From: Camelus dromedarius
Taxonomy: Eukaryota
NCBI RefSeq assembly: GCF_036321535.1
Contig: NC_087437.1
Coordinates: 91,018,001-91,082,000, forward strand
Direction of reading: 5' to 3'
DNA: 64,000 nt
A program made the position numbers and the translations under genes. This document shows positions 11,402-24,297 of the stretch, in pieces. The first letter of the stretch is position 1. Each line of letters starts with the position of its first letter. Under the pieces are notes generated by a model that was not told the DNA's origin, did not search any database, and saw only the letters and a program-made list of their open reading frames with translations.

Positions 11402-14302
11402 GTCTATTCCTTGTCAATTTACAATCATATGCATCTACTTAAACCATACTTAATCTGCAGATAAAGAGAATAGCAAAGCCATGATTCTTCCTAACATAAT
11501 ACAGTTCTCCTCCTTAAAATCAAAAGCACACTAACCTCTTACCCAGAAGAGGAGGTAAATTTCTTGAGTAGTATTTATACCTCTTCTTATATCCCATAAT
11601 TTAAATACTATGATGTAAAATTAACAATACTTAAATATTATGATGAAAAATCAATATGCTTTATGTTAGGTGATAAGAGAATAAAATAAGAAAGAAAATA
11701 AAGATATACATATTTATGTTTATATATGTATTATATATGTGCATTTATGCACACACACACAAACATATTCATGGCAGAATAAGAAGAAAATATTCGTGAC
11801 AATTACTATCCTCATTTCTGTAATGGGTCATATGTCATGTGGTTGTAGCAGGTATTTATTACCACTTTCTTCCACTAGTCTTTCTATATTCCAGAAAACA
11901 GAAGCACCTCAGCTGGCCATAGTTCTTTACCCTGGCAGGAGGACGTGACCCAAACTTTCATTCCTGAAGGGTCTGGGCCATTGCTATTCTGCCTGGATTG
12001 GATTGTTTTAGGTTTAAATTCACCTTAATAATGGGACATGATAATACTGAGGGACCACCTGTATTCCAGACATAGTCCTTCTTACCTCCATTATGAAGTA
12101 GCAGTAATCTCCCCACAGTAATCAGGATCAATCACTCCAGTCAATGCCATTAACTCTCTTCTTTGCCTGCTGATTCAGAATGTGCGGAGACTAAAGTGAA
12201 TGAGTGGCAGTCTTAAATTCCAGTTTAATGGATCATTGTTGTGTCTTATGATGGAAGCATTTCCCCCTCTGGAACTAAGACCTCTAGGCCAGCAAAGCAT
12301 AAAGTTATGGGGACAGGAAGCAAAAATTTGTGAGTCACTAGGAGTAATAGTGAATGATGCCACTCCCATTTCCACCCTTAGAATTCTGTACTTGTGAATC
12401 CTGGCTATTGAAGAAATAGCACCATGTATCGGAGCTGATTCGGAACACATACAGCTTTCTAGAAAACTTTACCCCAGCCCTGTAAGGTTTCCCACCTAGC
12501 TGGAGCTATACCTGAGTCTCTAAAACCCATTTCATCCTTCTATCAAGCCAGCTGTTTCAGGATGGGAAGAGCATGTTAAGACCAGTGAATTCCATGAGCA
12601 GGGGCCATTGCCACACTTCTTTTGCTGTGAAGTGAGTTTCTTGATCAGAAGCAATGTTGTGTGAAATGCCATGATGGTGAATAAGGTATTCTGTATGTTC
12701 ACAGATGGTAGTTTTGATGGAAGCATTGTGTTCAGGGAAGGAAACTGAATCCAAAGTAAGTGCCTAATAAGAACAATACACTTTTGCACAACGGATGGAA
12801 ATGGTTACATGTAAGCAACCAGCTATAGGCTAGCTGATTGATCACTTTTGGGAATTGTGCCAGCTGGGGACTCAGTGTGGGTCTCTTGTTGTGGAGAGAT
12901 TGGGAACTCAGCAGTGAAACTGTTAGGATCTTAGAGCAGTACCTGTCACAAACTAAAACCTCAGTGACTATGAGCTATTCATTACTATTATTATTAGCTA
13001 GGTTGGCCATGGTGAGTAAAAATCTGTGTGCCTGAGCCCATACATAATCTTCATCCCTGACACCATGGTCGCTTTGTTCATGAGTCCATGGGGTAATGAC
13101 AGAGGTGGCTGGGGAAAGAGAATGACTTATAACCACAGAACTGATCATCCTATCCACCTGATTATTAACATTCTCCTCTAAGGTGAACATTCACATGAGC
13201 ACAAATAGCTTCACATTTTTTGCCCATTCAGAAAGGTCTGTCCACATACCTCTTCCTCAGGTTTCTTTGTCATCAATTTTCCAGTTAAGTTCCTTCTAAG
13301 TGCCTGACCATCCAGCAAAACTATTGACAGCCCATGAATCAGTATATAATCACACATATGGCCATTTCTCCTTCCAAGCAAACAACCAAGTACATTGTTC
13401 AAAATTCTGCCTCCTGGGAAGATTTGCTTTCACCCACTATCCTTCAGGATGACCCAGAGAGAGGCTGCAGTGCTGCAGCTCTGCACTTTTGGTTGGTGTC
13501 TACATACCAGGCAGAAACATCTGTAACAAAGTCCATGTCTTCTCTTCCTCGGTCAACTGATTATAGGGAATACTCCATGAAGCTATAGGTACAAACTGAG
13601 AGAGAAAAGACAATGTAGCATGGATGGAGACCATGGGTATTTGGACCAGCTGTACATGTAACTTACTTATGACTTCAACGGTTTGCCTGGGCTCGTTCAC
13701 CTATTTGTCACTTCCACTTGATGATAAAACATGGCAATGCATGCCCAACTTTGTGGCTTGGTAGGTTAGATAACACCCAGTTCATGATAGGCAGTTCAGG
13801 TTACATGGTAACTTGGTATCCCTTGGTTAAGCTTTCAGTCTAAGACTCAATAGCAGGCCAAGAAATGTTTCTCAAAAGGAAACCACTTATCTGTGGATGA
13901 CAGCAGGGCCTTGCTCCCAAATCATAAAGTCCTATATTATAATTTACCTGTAGGCATCTGCCAAAGGTTCCAGATATCATCCTTATCTGTCACTGATCCT
14001 TTAAGCACCACTGGACCTTTTAGATCATGGGCTCAAGTGACAGAGCAGCTTGCACAGCAGATGATGAATTTTTGTTGTTTATAAGCCACATGGTTTATTC
14101 TATTTTGTTACAGCAACCTGAAATGACTAAGACAGGGCCTCACTCAAAATATCAGCTTTTCAGATCACTCAATAAATGAGCCAGTTACACATCCAACTAA
14201 GGAATAGGTTGCTTCTGTAACCAAATCTGTCTAGGTTGTAGAAGGGGCCAGATGCACAACTTATCCTTCACCTCAGAAGAGCTATCTCAGCATGCCCCAC
14301 AC
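11402..14302 (-). mobile_element. Decayed ERV-L (ERVL-B/E-like) internal region: RT tether, RNase H, integrase, dUTPase relics
   Basis: ORF-track fragments EENVNNQVDRM, WTHEQSDHG..WAQAH (IN HHCC region), HGISHNIASDQETHFTAKEVWQW and HPETAGLIE (IN core), PLNWNLRLP and GVIDPDY (dUTPase, ~12120-12330); 5' part absent. Confidence 0.88.
14060..14133 (+). mobile_element. MLT1A-like LTR 3' terminal fragment nested in the ERV-L
   Basis: ttgttgtttataagccacatggtttattctattttgttacagcaacctgaaatgactaagaca. Confidence 0.7.
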
Positions 14303-14367
14303 AACTACATGCCTGGAAGATATTAACCATCATGCTCCCCTATCACAAACATCATTCCTCATCTTTA

Positions 14368-14406
14368 GTTTTTTTACATATTTTTTATTGAGTTATCGTC
14401 ATTTTA
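14368..14406 (-). mobile_element. Ultra-short young camelid-type L1 3' end insertion
   Basis: ttttttattgagttatcgtcatttta between perfect 15-bp TSD cattcctcatcttta (14353-14367, 14407-14421). Confidence 0.8.
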
Positions 14407-14894
14407 CATTCCTCATCTTTAAAATGGTATACCTATTCTAGTGCATTTATTTGGTTCTGATACATTGAGACAACTCTATTCAAATGCTCAAAAATCTTTT
14501 CCTAATTTTTAGTTTCCTTTTAAGTTAACAAATTGATTATTCTCTACCCCTCAGATCAAAGGCTTTAAGTTTCCTTCTTATAAATGTATTGACATCAAAA
14601 ATAACAATACCAATTATTTGTCACACTTATATATTAGAGAGATATATATAAGATGTAGCACCTCCCATTCTAACAAGGAAGTCAGCTGTTAAGGAGAACT
14701 TTGTCTGAAATTTTTATATGGATTGCAGTATTGGTGAGCATCATCAGCTGACTTGGTTGACAAAAAAGAATTAAAGTGTCATCTAAAGCCAAAAATGGTC
14801 TAAAAGAGCAGCATTTTGTTGCTTTTAATTTTTTTGAGGTATTTTTCTAAAACATCTTTGGGATGAGAGAGACAATTAATTTTTTTAGTTATTG

Positions 14895-15130
14895 AGTAGA
14901 AACTCTGGAATTGAACTTCCTGACTGAGTTCAAAATCTGACTTCTCATTTATTGGTTTTATAACCCTGGGTAATTTATAAATATTATTATGCCTCAATTT
15001 TCCTATCATGAAAAAGTTCATAATTATGTATGCAAAAGTATTGTAAGAAACTGTTAGGAACTTAGAGCAGTACCTCTCACAAACTAAAAACTCAATGAAT
15101 ATGAGCTACTCATTACTATTATAATTAGTA
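14895..15130 (+). mobile_element. MIR SINE
   Basis: ctctggaatt...gagttcaaaatctg...ccctgggtaatt...gcctcaattttcctatc...cttagagcagtacct..cacaaactaaaaactcaatgaatatgagcta. Confidence 0.75.
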
Positions 15131-16574
15131 GTAGCAGTGCAAAGGAAAGGTGTACATTTTTTCTTAAGCATTTAAAAATGTCAGTTGTCTGTAAATGTAT
15201 ATTCACAAGGTGAACTTTTGAAACATGGTAGTCTATGCTCACTTATTGAGTGGCTTGGAGAATCAGACTAGACAATATAAGAAAGGGAGTTGTAAACAAC
15301 TATGTAATATATGGTTTTATTGTATTATTATCATTATCACACAAGAATATAGGTAGAGTGGCTTATACATTTCTTAGTGCATTTTTTACTTCTTTCTTAA
15401 ATGCCTTTGGCATTCAGTTAAGAGTGCTTTCTCCACATGAAATTCTTGACAGGAGCAAAGGAAAAATTCAGTGTAATTTGTTCTTGATCCCTTGGTCTCT
15501 CAAGAGAGCCCTCCAAGGAATATGAAGATACAACTTGAAACCTTCTTAGATCTGCTGCACCCTTGTTTTAATTCTACTGCTTCTGGGTATATCTTAAATT
15601 CTAGCTTATATATAGGCAGTGATTGCTAAGTCAAGCTTTTGATGTTTTCATACCAAATATGCATAAGATGTATGTTTTGGAAACAATAGGGGTATACAAC
15701 TTAATTTTTAGCCATGTTTTCTAGAGTCTCAGCCAGGGTTCCTATGTCTTGTTCTGGACACCTTGACATTTGATAAGTTATTTATCACATCTTATTATTC
15801 ATGTTGAATTAATAACCCTAAAATCATAATTTAAAATTTTTGCTGAAGTTGAAATATTTTAAAACATTTAATTATAAAGCTCCTGTTAACAAGCTGACAA
15901 ACATTAAGCATATTGCAAAATTTCTCAAGATCCCTATTTCCTTGTGGAAAAAATAATATTAATGAAATTGTTAATTTCTGAGCTTTACACATAATGGTAT
16001 TCTTTCATCCAAAATCAAGACAGGCATTAAAAAGAGAAATATATCTTACACTGGTTTTATTTTTGAAACTAAATTATATTTTTGTTACTTTTTGTAAAAG
16101 ATTTTATTTATTTGATTTTTTTAAATATACAGTGATTGTCAAGGTATTATTTCATCTTTTTTTCATAGAATTATGAAAATATCTCTGTCTGCTCCTAATG
16201 CCCAAACTCACATACAGTTATTTGCAAGAATTATCAGCAATTAGCCATTATGTCAAGACCAACCAGCTGTTCTTAAAAGGGTGAGAGGAGTAAAAATACC
16301 CACAGTATTAAGTAGATGCTTTTATATTAAGGCTCTGCTTTTGAAAATGAACTACATATTCTTGTCTCCTCTATTTTACCTTTTTGTTTTGTGTGAAACT
16401 TCCGGTACCCTTACCAAATGAAATCCCCTCTACTGTTCTAAGTCTCCACTGTATGTTTGGGGGAGGGGAGTTGACATATACAATGCTCATTTTGCCTTAC
16501 TTGGTTCTCTAGTTGTTTTATTTTGCAAAAAGTCAGTGTTTATTTGGCTTCTACTTCTCACTTCCCTGGCATCT

Positions 16575-16802
16575 AGTGAAAATAGTTGCAGGTTCTGGCA
16601 GCTGATGAACACAGGCTCCAATCCCAGTTCTGCTCCTTACAAACTGTGTGCCATTTGGCAAGTCCCTTAAAATCTCTGGCCCCTAATTTACTCCTTCATT
16701 AAATGATTATCGCGATTCCAAAATATGTAGGGTTGCTGTGAGGATTTTACTGATACTATACATGAAATTGGTGTATACCCTAGTAGGTATTCCACAATTA
16801 TT
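16575..16802 (+). mobile_element. MIR SINE
   Basis: caatcccagttctgctccttacaaactgtgtgccatttggcaagtcccttaa..tctctg...tagggttgctgtgaggatt. Confidence 0.8.
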
Positions 16803-18269
16803 AAGAGAGAGATGGTGGAAGGTGCCTTTTTTTTTCTCAGTTCCAGATTTTTGGCAAATTCTCTTAGCAACTATAATCCAAGTTGCAGGCCACAAAACTT
16901 TCGTTAAATGTTTATTTATCTGTAATAGATTTAAAAAGCGTAAAAAGTATGTGGTAGGCCACATACTCTGGGATGAATCAATTGTAAAGTTGATAACTAA
17001 TTTCTATTTGAACTATTTGTGTAATTTAGGTACTTTAAATCTAAGCAAGCATTTGTTCAGATGAACACAGCTCTCACCACTATGTAATTATGCCAAAAAA
17101 CAGGTATATAATCTGAGTGATAATTATTACCTTGTGTGAAATAATTCTGATTATCCAAACTAGAAATTTGGATTTCCAATTAAAAAATCTTTCCAAGAAG
17201 ACTTTTTCTCCTGATCTAGTTTAGTGCTCACTGTTCTACTACTATATGTCATTAACATAAAAGAACTCAGTTTTATGAAGGCCATTTTCATCCTCACTCC
17301 CAACACATACACACTGTCATAACAATTGGCTTTCAGCAAAAGGTCAGTGTCAACCAGCCATTCAGTGCAATCACTGGAGCAGCGAGAATAACACTGTGGC
17401 TCCCAGTGATTTAATACCATACTGGGATTGGCTATTTTGGTATGCCCCCCATGCCACCCATGGCTGATGATGTATACATGGCTTTATGTCTCTTTTAAAC
17501 CTTTTCTAGACCTCAGAAATTCTCAGAATATTACTTATTTTTAGTCTGCCAAAAATTAAATTAATATGATTGGATATTATCCAAACTATTATTTAGAGTT
17601 TGCTATATTTCAGATATGTTTGGTGTGTTCTATGTGAAAGTGTATGTCATAGTTACATCATTTAATCTATATTAATCAGACAAATAAGGACTAAGAGAAG
17701 GGATTATAGATCATCCTGTGCTGAAGAGATAATGTAATTTTAAAATACTAAACTAGGCTGACATCTGGAGTTGTCTGTTGGATTAATCATTTACCTCAAC
17801 ACAATAGTTCAGATTCTTTATATGTCTCAGATATACATATCCTATGAGACATTATCACTTATCAGATTTGAAAGCTGCATAAAAACCTAAGGGGAAAAAT
17901 AACTGTAAAGAAAAATAGATTTGTAGAGAGCTGGAACCTTCAGGGTATGACAAATCTGTCTATAGAGAATTTGTAAACAGTGTGTAAGGCTATTTCCCAA
18001 AAGCAGATAGATTATAGAAATAGACTGAATACAAAAGTGAGAGTTATATTTATTTTTCAGGAATAAAATTCTAGATTTCCTGAAATCTAAGAAACAAAAA
18101 GAAATAGCCTATAAAATTAAAGTTTTATCATTTTAAAGTACATTTTCAGAAAACACATTAATTTAAAATTAATATAGAGATGGAATTATGAATAACATCC
18201 TCACCACTGTAACACCAGAAGAAAAACATTACTTCCAAGTGCAAAAATCTATATTATCACATAAATTCT

Positions 18270-18730
18270 ACTTCAGTTTTGAATACTTCTGTGTTAAACA
18301 CTATTGAATAGTGATCAAAAGAAACACCTGTATTTCAATTTTAGCATCTCTTTCTCACTTCCACTATTAGGACTAGAAAAGCTAAGAATATATGTTGTCA
18401 ATTATTATTTTCAAATAGTTGCCATATAATACAGTTAGGAGTTATGTGGTATAAGTGGAAGTTTGCTGAGGGATTTTGGGAAAGAGTTCTTCCTGATAAA
18501 GCAAGTTCCTTCCTGTCTTGAATGATGGTTATAAAACTTGAAGTCTCAAGGACCATTTTGTGACCATAAGAGACAGCTAAGAAGATTATCTAAAATCTTG
18601 AGCTATTGATCTCACATCAGTAGCTACCTACCTTTATTTCTTTTATTACATAGAGAGTAATAATCCTCTTTTTAATTCAACATTAACCTGGTTCTCTGTT
18701 ACCCACTACTGAAAAAATTTCTGATTGCTA
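18270..18730 (+). mobile_element. Old MaLR LTR (MLT1I/J-like)
   Basis: aagtggaagtttgctgagggattttgggaaag...ccattttgtgaccataag...ttctctgttacc... Confidence 0.5.
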
Positions 18731-19899
18731 AATCCACTTATGTATTTGTATTAATTGTGGTATTACTAGTTTTTAATATACTTATAATAAACATAAGTTG
18801 AAAACCCATCATACATGAATTGTCAGCTTGTCAGTAAAATGTCTTAAATGTTTTCCAGAGAGCCAAGGGATCTCCAGATACCACAAAACCAGTGCTGTGA
18901 ATGTGTGGAAAGAATAAGAAGAATGATAGGTTGCTCTCTTCTCAATTAGACTTTTATTTATTAGGTTCTTAGAAAAAAATAGTTAGTATACCTAAAATAC
19001 TTTTGAAAGCCACTAGTGGAAGGAAAAAGAAATGTTAGATTATGAGTTAAAAATCCTGGGTTCCTGTCCCACCCAAATTTATGACTTCTTCGCCATATTG
19101 CTTCTGATGAAACAATTTTTAAATATTTAATTGCTCAGATACACCCACATACATTTACTTGCATACTTTCATAAAATAATTTGCTGAATTACACAGGAAT
19201 ATTTGTGGCCATGACTCACAAACTTAAGCATTGCTTCATTGTACTACTTTTGAGGATGTTTGTGTGTGTTTAGTATTTAAAATTTGACTGGTGAGTTGTC
19301 TAGTATTTCACTGAAGTAGGATTACAAACAGAAATGTTAACAAATGGATATATTTGCATGAGAATATCTACCTCACATATAAACTGAAAACTGAATACAG
19401 AGTCTGATTCTCTATCTTAAAGGGAGGGTAACACAGAGAGACAATTTGAAAAAGTAATATTGTCTGCATATCTTTGTTTCAATAATAATTTTATGTATGT
19501 TTTTGTTCAATTGATTCTGGTATCCTTTAATAAACTCTATTAAAAAGATATCAAAAATAGAAAAGAAAGAAAGAAATGATGAATATGTATGAAAATAACA
19601 ATAAATCATTTATTTGAACAATGAAAATATCCAGGTGCCCCTAATACACTTTACATGAACTTTAAAAAGATGTGAAATTCAAAACAATCCTTTTCATGTA
19701 ATCAGTTTTAAAATCCTTCTTTAAATTACTTCATGTCAATTTCAAACTAAAATTAAGTTGAGAACTGTAGGAAGATATAAAATTACCATAGTAACTCAAA
19801 ATTTTAAAATGAAATCTTTAGCAAGACTTTTATTTCTCCAGTAAAAAAGGAAGTATTTCCCCAAGGCTAGATAATACTTACGCCATTGCCGCTAACTCT

Positions 19900-20950
19900 C
19901 ATAGCAGGATGAAGGTGAAAATAGTGCTTCATCTTCTGCTCATCTCATGCCAAGATCTCAAATGATGGCAAGTGGGTGAGTGCTCTGTCCTTTCAAAACA
20001 ACTCACCTTTGGATGATGACAGGAGAAATAGTTTTAGCTTCAAGATGATTCTTATAATTTAGAGCTCACTAAATATGGGCAAGTGCCAAACTTAATCTTT
20101 AAAAGGAAAAAAATTGCATTAGATGCAACCTATTGAAAATCCCTCAGTGCATTCTTAATTTCTTCCTCGTCTGTGTTAATTCCTGAAAATGGCTTCTCCC
20201 CATGCCTCTTTCTCCTTCTCTCTCTCTTTTTTTTTCTTAATAGTCCATAACATCTGAAATCTGTAAGCAATTAAGTTTAATACAGCTGTAGTTTATCTGT
20301 CTTTCCTTCTGGATCCTTCCAGTCACAACAACCGTAGTAGTCAGCCTTGGCATTTTTATGAAATGACATATTCTTAAAATTTTTCCTTTGATTTTCTTTT
20401 TTATACTCTGGCATATTTTCCTATCAAGGCTAGATCTTTCTAGTCAGCAAAGTTAAGCAAATGTTCGAATGAATGTCTCTGCTAGTGGAAACTATCAACT
20501 ACCATTTTGTTAGTACTTTAAGGTCCCTTAAATGTCTTTTAGATCAACCTCTCCAGACTTCTGAAAGTTATAATCTGGCACCATTCGTGATTCTTAAAGT
20601 TATATATGTCTAATCCTTTTATTAGAAATATGCAAGTAGTTATTAGTATGCATAAAATGCCTATTTTGTTTTGGTACCTACAAAATGCATTCTATCAATT
20701 ATCTCACTCACCCCTCAAAACAACAGGTTGTTTGAAGAGAAGGCACCTAAGGTATTTGTTCTAAAACCGTTAGAATTGTTTTAGTGAAACAAACCTGTGT
20801 AAGTTCCACAATGTCTCTTTCAATAGTTTCTTTGCAGGTGAGCATAGTGAAAGCTGGGTTTGGAGTCTTCGTGAGCAGTAGGGACTCATTACATCTTCCA
20901 AGTACTGTTGTAACTGGAAGATTTATGTGAAAGTTCATATTCCTCTTCTC
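19900..20950 (-). mobile_element. Probable ancient RTE-clade LINE RT relic (MamRTE1/L4-type)
   Basis: Degenerate motifs in RT order on minus strand: QVCF (~Q.GF), NFQKSGEVD..*..LKY (~DF.KAFD.V..W..L), *EYVIS (~QGCVIS), DFRCMD (~LRYADD), EEEIKNAL, LKI, F..LG. Confidence 0.4.
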
Positions 20951-21049
20951 ATGATCTCTTTAAGAAAGGCAAATGCCTTTTTGCTCTTTAAAAGATATTT
21001 TAGTACAGTGGATATTCAGGGTAGATTTATAGAGTATAACATAGTGGAT

Positions 21050-23960
21050 AGATAGCCATGTAGCTGGATAGATATTGATATATGTAAATTGAAACATATA
21101 TAAATGTCTAAATTGAGATATTTACAAATATGTGGAAATTAAACCAAATAAAAACATAAGAAATCATAAGGAAAACTAGAAATATTTTGGAATGAATGAA
21201 AATTAATACAATGTATGCAAAACTTTGTGGGATATTGCCAAAACAGTGGTAAGAGGGAAATTGGTATCTATAAACACTTATATTAAAAAGGAAGAAATGT
21301 TGCAAAGTATTGTCTTAATCTTTCACCTTAAGTCACTGGAAAAGGAGGTGAAATTAAAAATTAAGCAAATGGAAGAGACAAATAAAGATCAGAAAATAGT
21401 TAAATAAAATATAGAATTGAAAAACAATAGAGAAATGAACTAAACCAAATTGTGGTATTTTAGAAAAATCAACAATTTGACAAAAATCTAGCTTTATTGC
21501 CGAGAAAAATAGAGGAGAAGACTAAATTATTAAAACCATGGATGGAAGAAAGGACACTACTATGCATATTACAGAATAAAAATGGGTTATGAGGGAATAA
21601 TATGAATGCTACATGACAAAAAAACAGATAACTTAGATGAAATAGAAATATTACTTTAAAGTCACAAATTACTAAAGCTAATTCAAGAAGAAATAGAAAA
21701 ATCTCAATAGACCGTGTATAACAAATAAAGAGACTGAATTATTAATTTAGTCTCCCCAAAAAAGAACAAACCAGCCCATATGGCTTCACTAGTGAATTCT
21801 ACCAAACATTTGAGAAGAACTAATACCAATTCTCCAAACACAAATTTTTTAATTTTCTGTAAAAAATTAGAAGAGGAAGGAACTTTTTTCAACTCAATGT
21901 ATAATACTAGTACTTGACAAAATTCAATATCCCTTTATTATAAAAACAATTATCAAAATAAAAAATTAAAAGGAATTTCCTCAACTTTATATAGGGAAGC
22001 TATGGAAAACTTACAGTTAACATCATATGTAATGGTGAAGGAATGTTTTCTCCTTAACATTAGGAACCAAAAAAGGGTGTTCACTCTTACCACTTCTCAT
22101 AGCATTGTACTGGAATATTTAGCCAGGGAAATTCCTTAAGGAAAAGAAATAAAAGCATATAAATGGGAAAGGAATACACAAAATTTTCTCTATATTCAAA
22201 TATTATAACCTTGGGTATAGAAAAATCTCAGCTTATTACAATTTTTTTAGAATAAATGAGTTCAGCAAGTTTGTAAGATATAAAATCAATATGAAAAGTT
22301 AATTGTATTTCTTTGTACTAATAAGGCACAATCTAGAAATAAAATTAAAATCAATTGTATTTACATAGCATCAAAAGAATAAAATGCTTAGTAATAAATA
22401 TAATAAAATAAGTGTAAAACTTATATGTTGAAAACTACAGAAGGTTGTTGAAACAATTTAGAGAAGACATACTCTCTAAATGGAAAAGATCACACGTTCA
22501 TGGACCAGATTAATGTTGTGAAGATGACAATACTCCCCAAATTGATCTACAAATTCAATTCATTCCTATTAAAATTCCAACTTGATTCTTTGCATAAATT
22601 GGCAAGCTGATCCTCAAATTTTCATGGAAACATTGGAACCCAAATCAGCAAAATAATCTTGTAAAAAATAAGAACAAATTCAGAAGACTCATATATCCCA
22701 ACTTCAAAATTTACTGTAGTGTTACAGTAATAAAGAGTATGGTGTTGGTATAAGAATAGAAATATGTAGTTAAAGGGAATGAGATTGAGATTCTAGATAT
22801 AAACCTGTACATTTATGGACAATTGATTTTTGACAAGCATGCCAGGATAATGCAATTGGAATTGGGATATAATAATCTTTTCAATGAATAGTTCTGAGAC
22901 AAATAGATATTCATATGTATACAACTAAAATTGGACCTCCACCTCACAACATACACAAAAAGTTACCTCAAAATGGATCATAATCCGAATGTAAAGCTAA
23001 ACATATACAATGTTTAGAGGAAAATATGGGAGTAAATCTTCATCAGTTTGAGTTAAGCAAAGCTTTAAATATCACACCAAAAGCACAAGTGACAAAAGAA
23101 AGGATAGATAAATTAGACATCATCAAAATTCAATAATTTTGTTTCAAAGACTACCATAAAGAAAGCAAAAAGACAACCTACAGAATAAGATGAAATATTT
23201 GGAAATTATGTATCTGTTAAGGTGCTTATATCTAGAATATATAAAGAATTCTTAAAACTTACTAATGAAAGATAAACTAACTGAATTTAAAATATAGCAA
23301 TGTACCTGAAGACATTTTTTTCCAAAAAAGATATGACAGTGGCCAATAAGCACATGAGAAAAATGCTCAAGATTATTAGCCATCAGGGAAATCAAAATTA
23401 CAACTTCACATCCACTAACATGACTGTAATCAAAAAGACATTGAATATCAAGTTTTGCTAAGAATGTGGAGAAATGGCAACACCCATATATTGCTGGTTG
23501 GAATGTTAAATGATGCAGTTATTTTGGAAAATAGAATAAAATTTTCTCAAAATACTAAACAATAGAGCAACTAAGAATTGTACTTCTAGATATATAATCA
23601 AGAGAGATGAAAACATATAGCTACACACACAAATGTATATACATGCAATAGAATATTACTCAGCAATAAAAAGGAATGAAGGATTAACCTTGAAAATGTT
23701 CTAAGGGAAGGAAGCCAGTCTCAAAAGACCACAGATTATACCATTCTGCCGAGATAAAAAGTAGATCAGTGCTTGCCTTAGGCTGGAGGATTGAGGGGAA
23801 ATTTGAAGTAACTCTTAATGGGTATTGAATATGTTCAAAAAATGATTGTAGAGGTGGTGACACAAATCTGAAAATATACGAAAAACCATTAAATAGTATA
23901 CCTTGAATTTTTTTGCAAGAGATATTTGCATGACATGTTAATTTCATCTCAATAAAGATG
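21050..23960 (+). mobile_element. L1MB7/8-like LINE, ORF2 relic plus 3' UTR, internally deleted
   Basis: WDIAKTVVRGKL..INTYIKK; ggcttcactagtgaattctaccaaacattt; 3' UTR gccagtctcaaaagaccaca...agatcagtgcttgcc...atctcaataaag. Confidence 0.9.
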
Positions 23961-24231
23961 ATGTATACAATTTTAAAAAATTATAATGTACTCACGGTAT
24001 CCTTACATTTCTTCTTCCTCTCTCTATTTCATCTCTACCTCAATCATCTCTATCTCTGTCTTTTCTTTCTGGTTATCTTGTGCAGTCTGAGAGCTGACTA
24101 TTTTCTGGAACTATGTATATCTTTGATATCTATCTTTGTTGTTTAGCAGTTTTCTTCCTCAAATTTACCTTTCCCTAATTCTATTGGTTTTTACATTTTT
24201 TATATTCATTTCTAAAATTAGCATTCTCTTC

Positions 24232-24297
24232 TTTTTTTATTTTTATTTATTTTTAAATTTTTTATTGATTTATAATCATTTTACAATGTTGTGTCAA
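24232..24297 (-). mobile_element. Short young camelid-type L1 3' end insertion
   Basis: tttttattgatttataatcattttacaatgttgtgtcaa flanked by TSD attctcttc (24223-24231, 24298-24306). Confidence 0.8.

Noticed and set aside
19876..20006. Candidate exon(s): + strand ctaac..ag / gtgagt (open frame DEGENSASSSAHLMPRSQMMAS) and minus-strand donors
   Set aside because: Weak polypyrimidine tract, no recognisable protein, no partner exons; overlaps the putative RTE relic.
20892..20923. catcttccaagtactg...tggaagat resembling miR-141-5p and a small hairpin
   Set aside because: Only partial similarity, an 8-bp stem, and no miR-200-family 3p arm.
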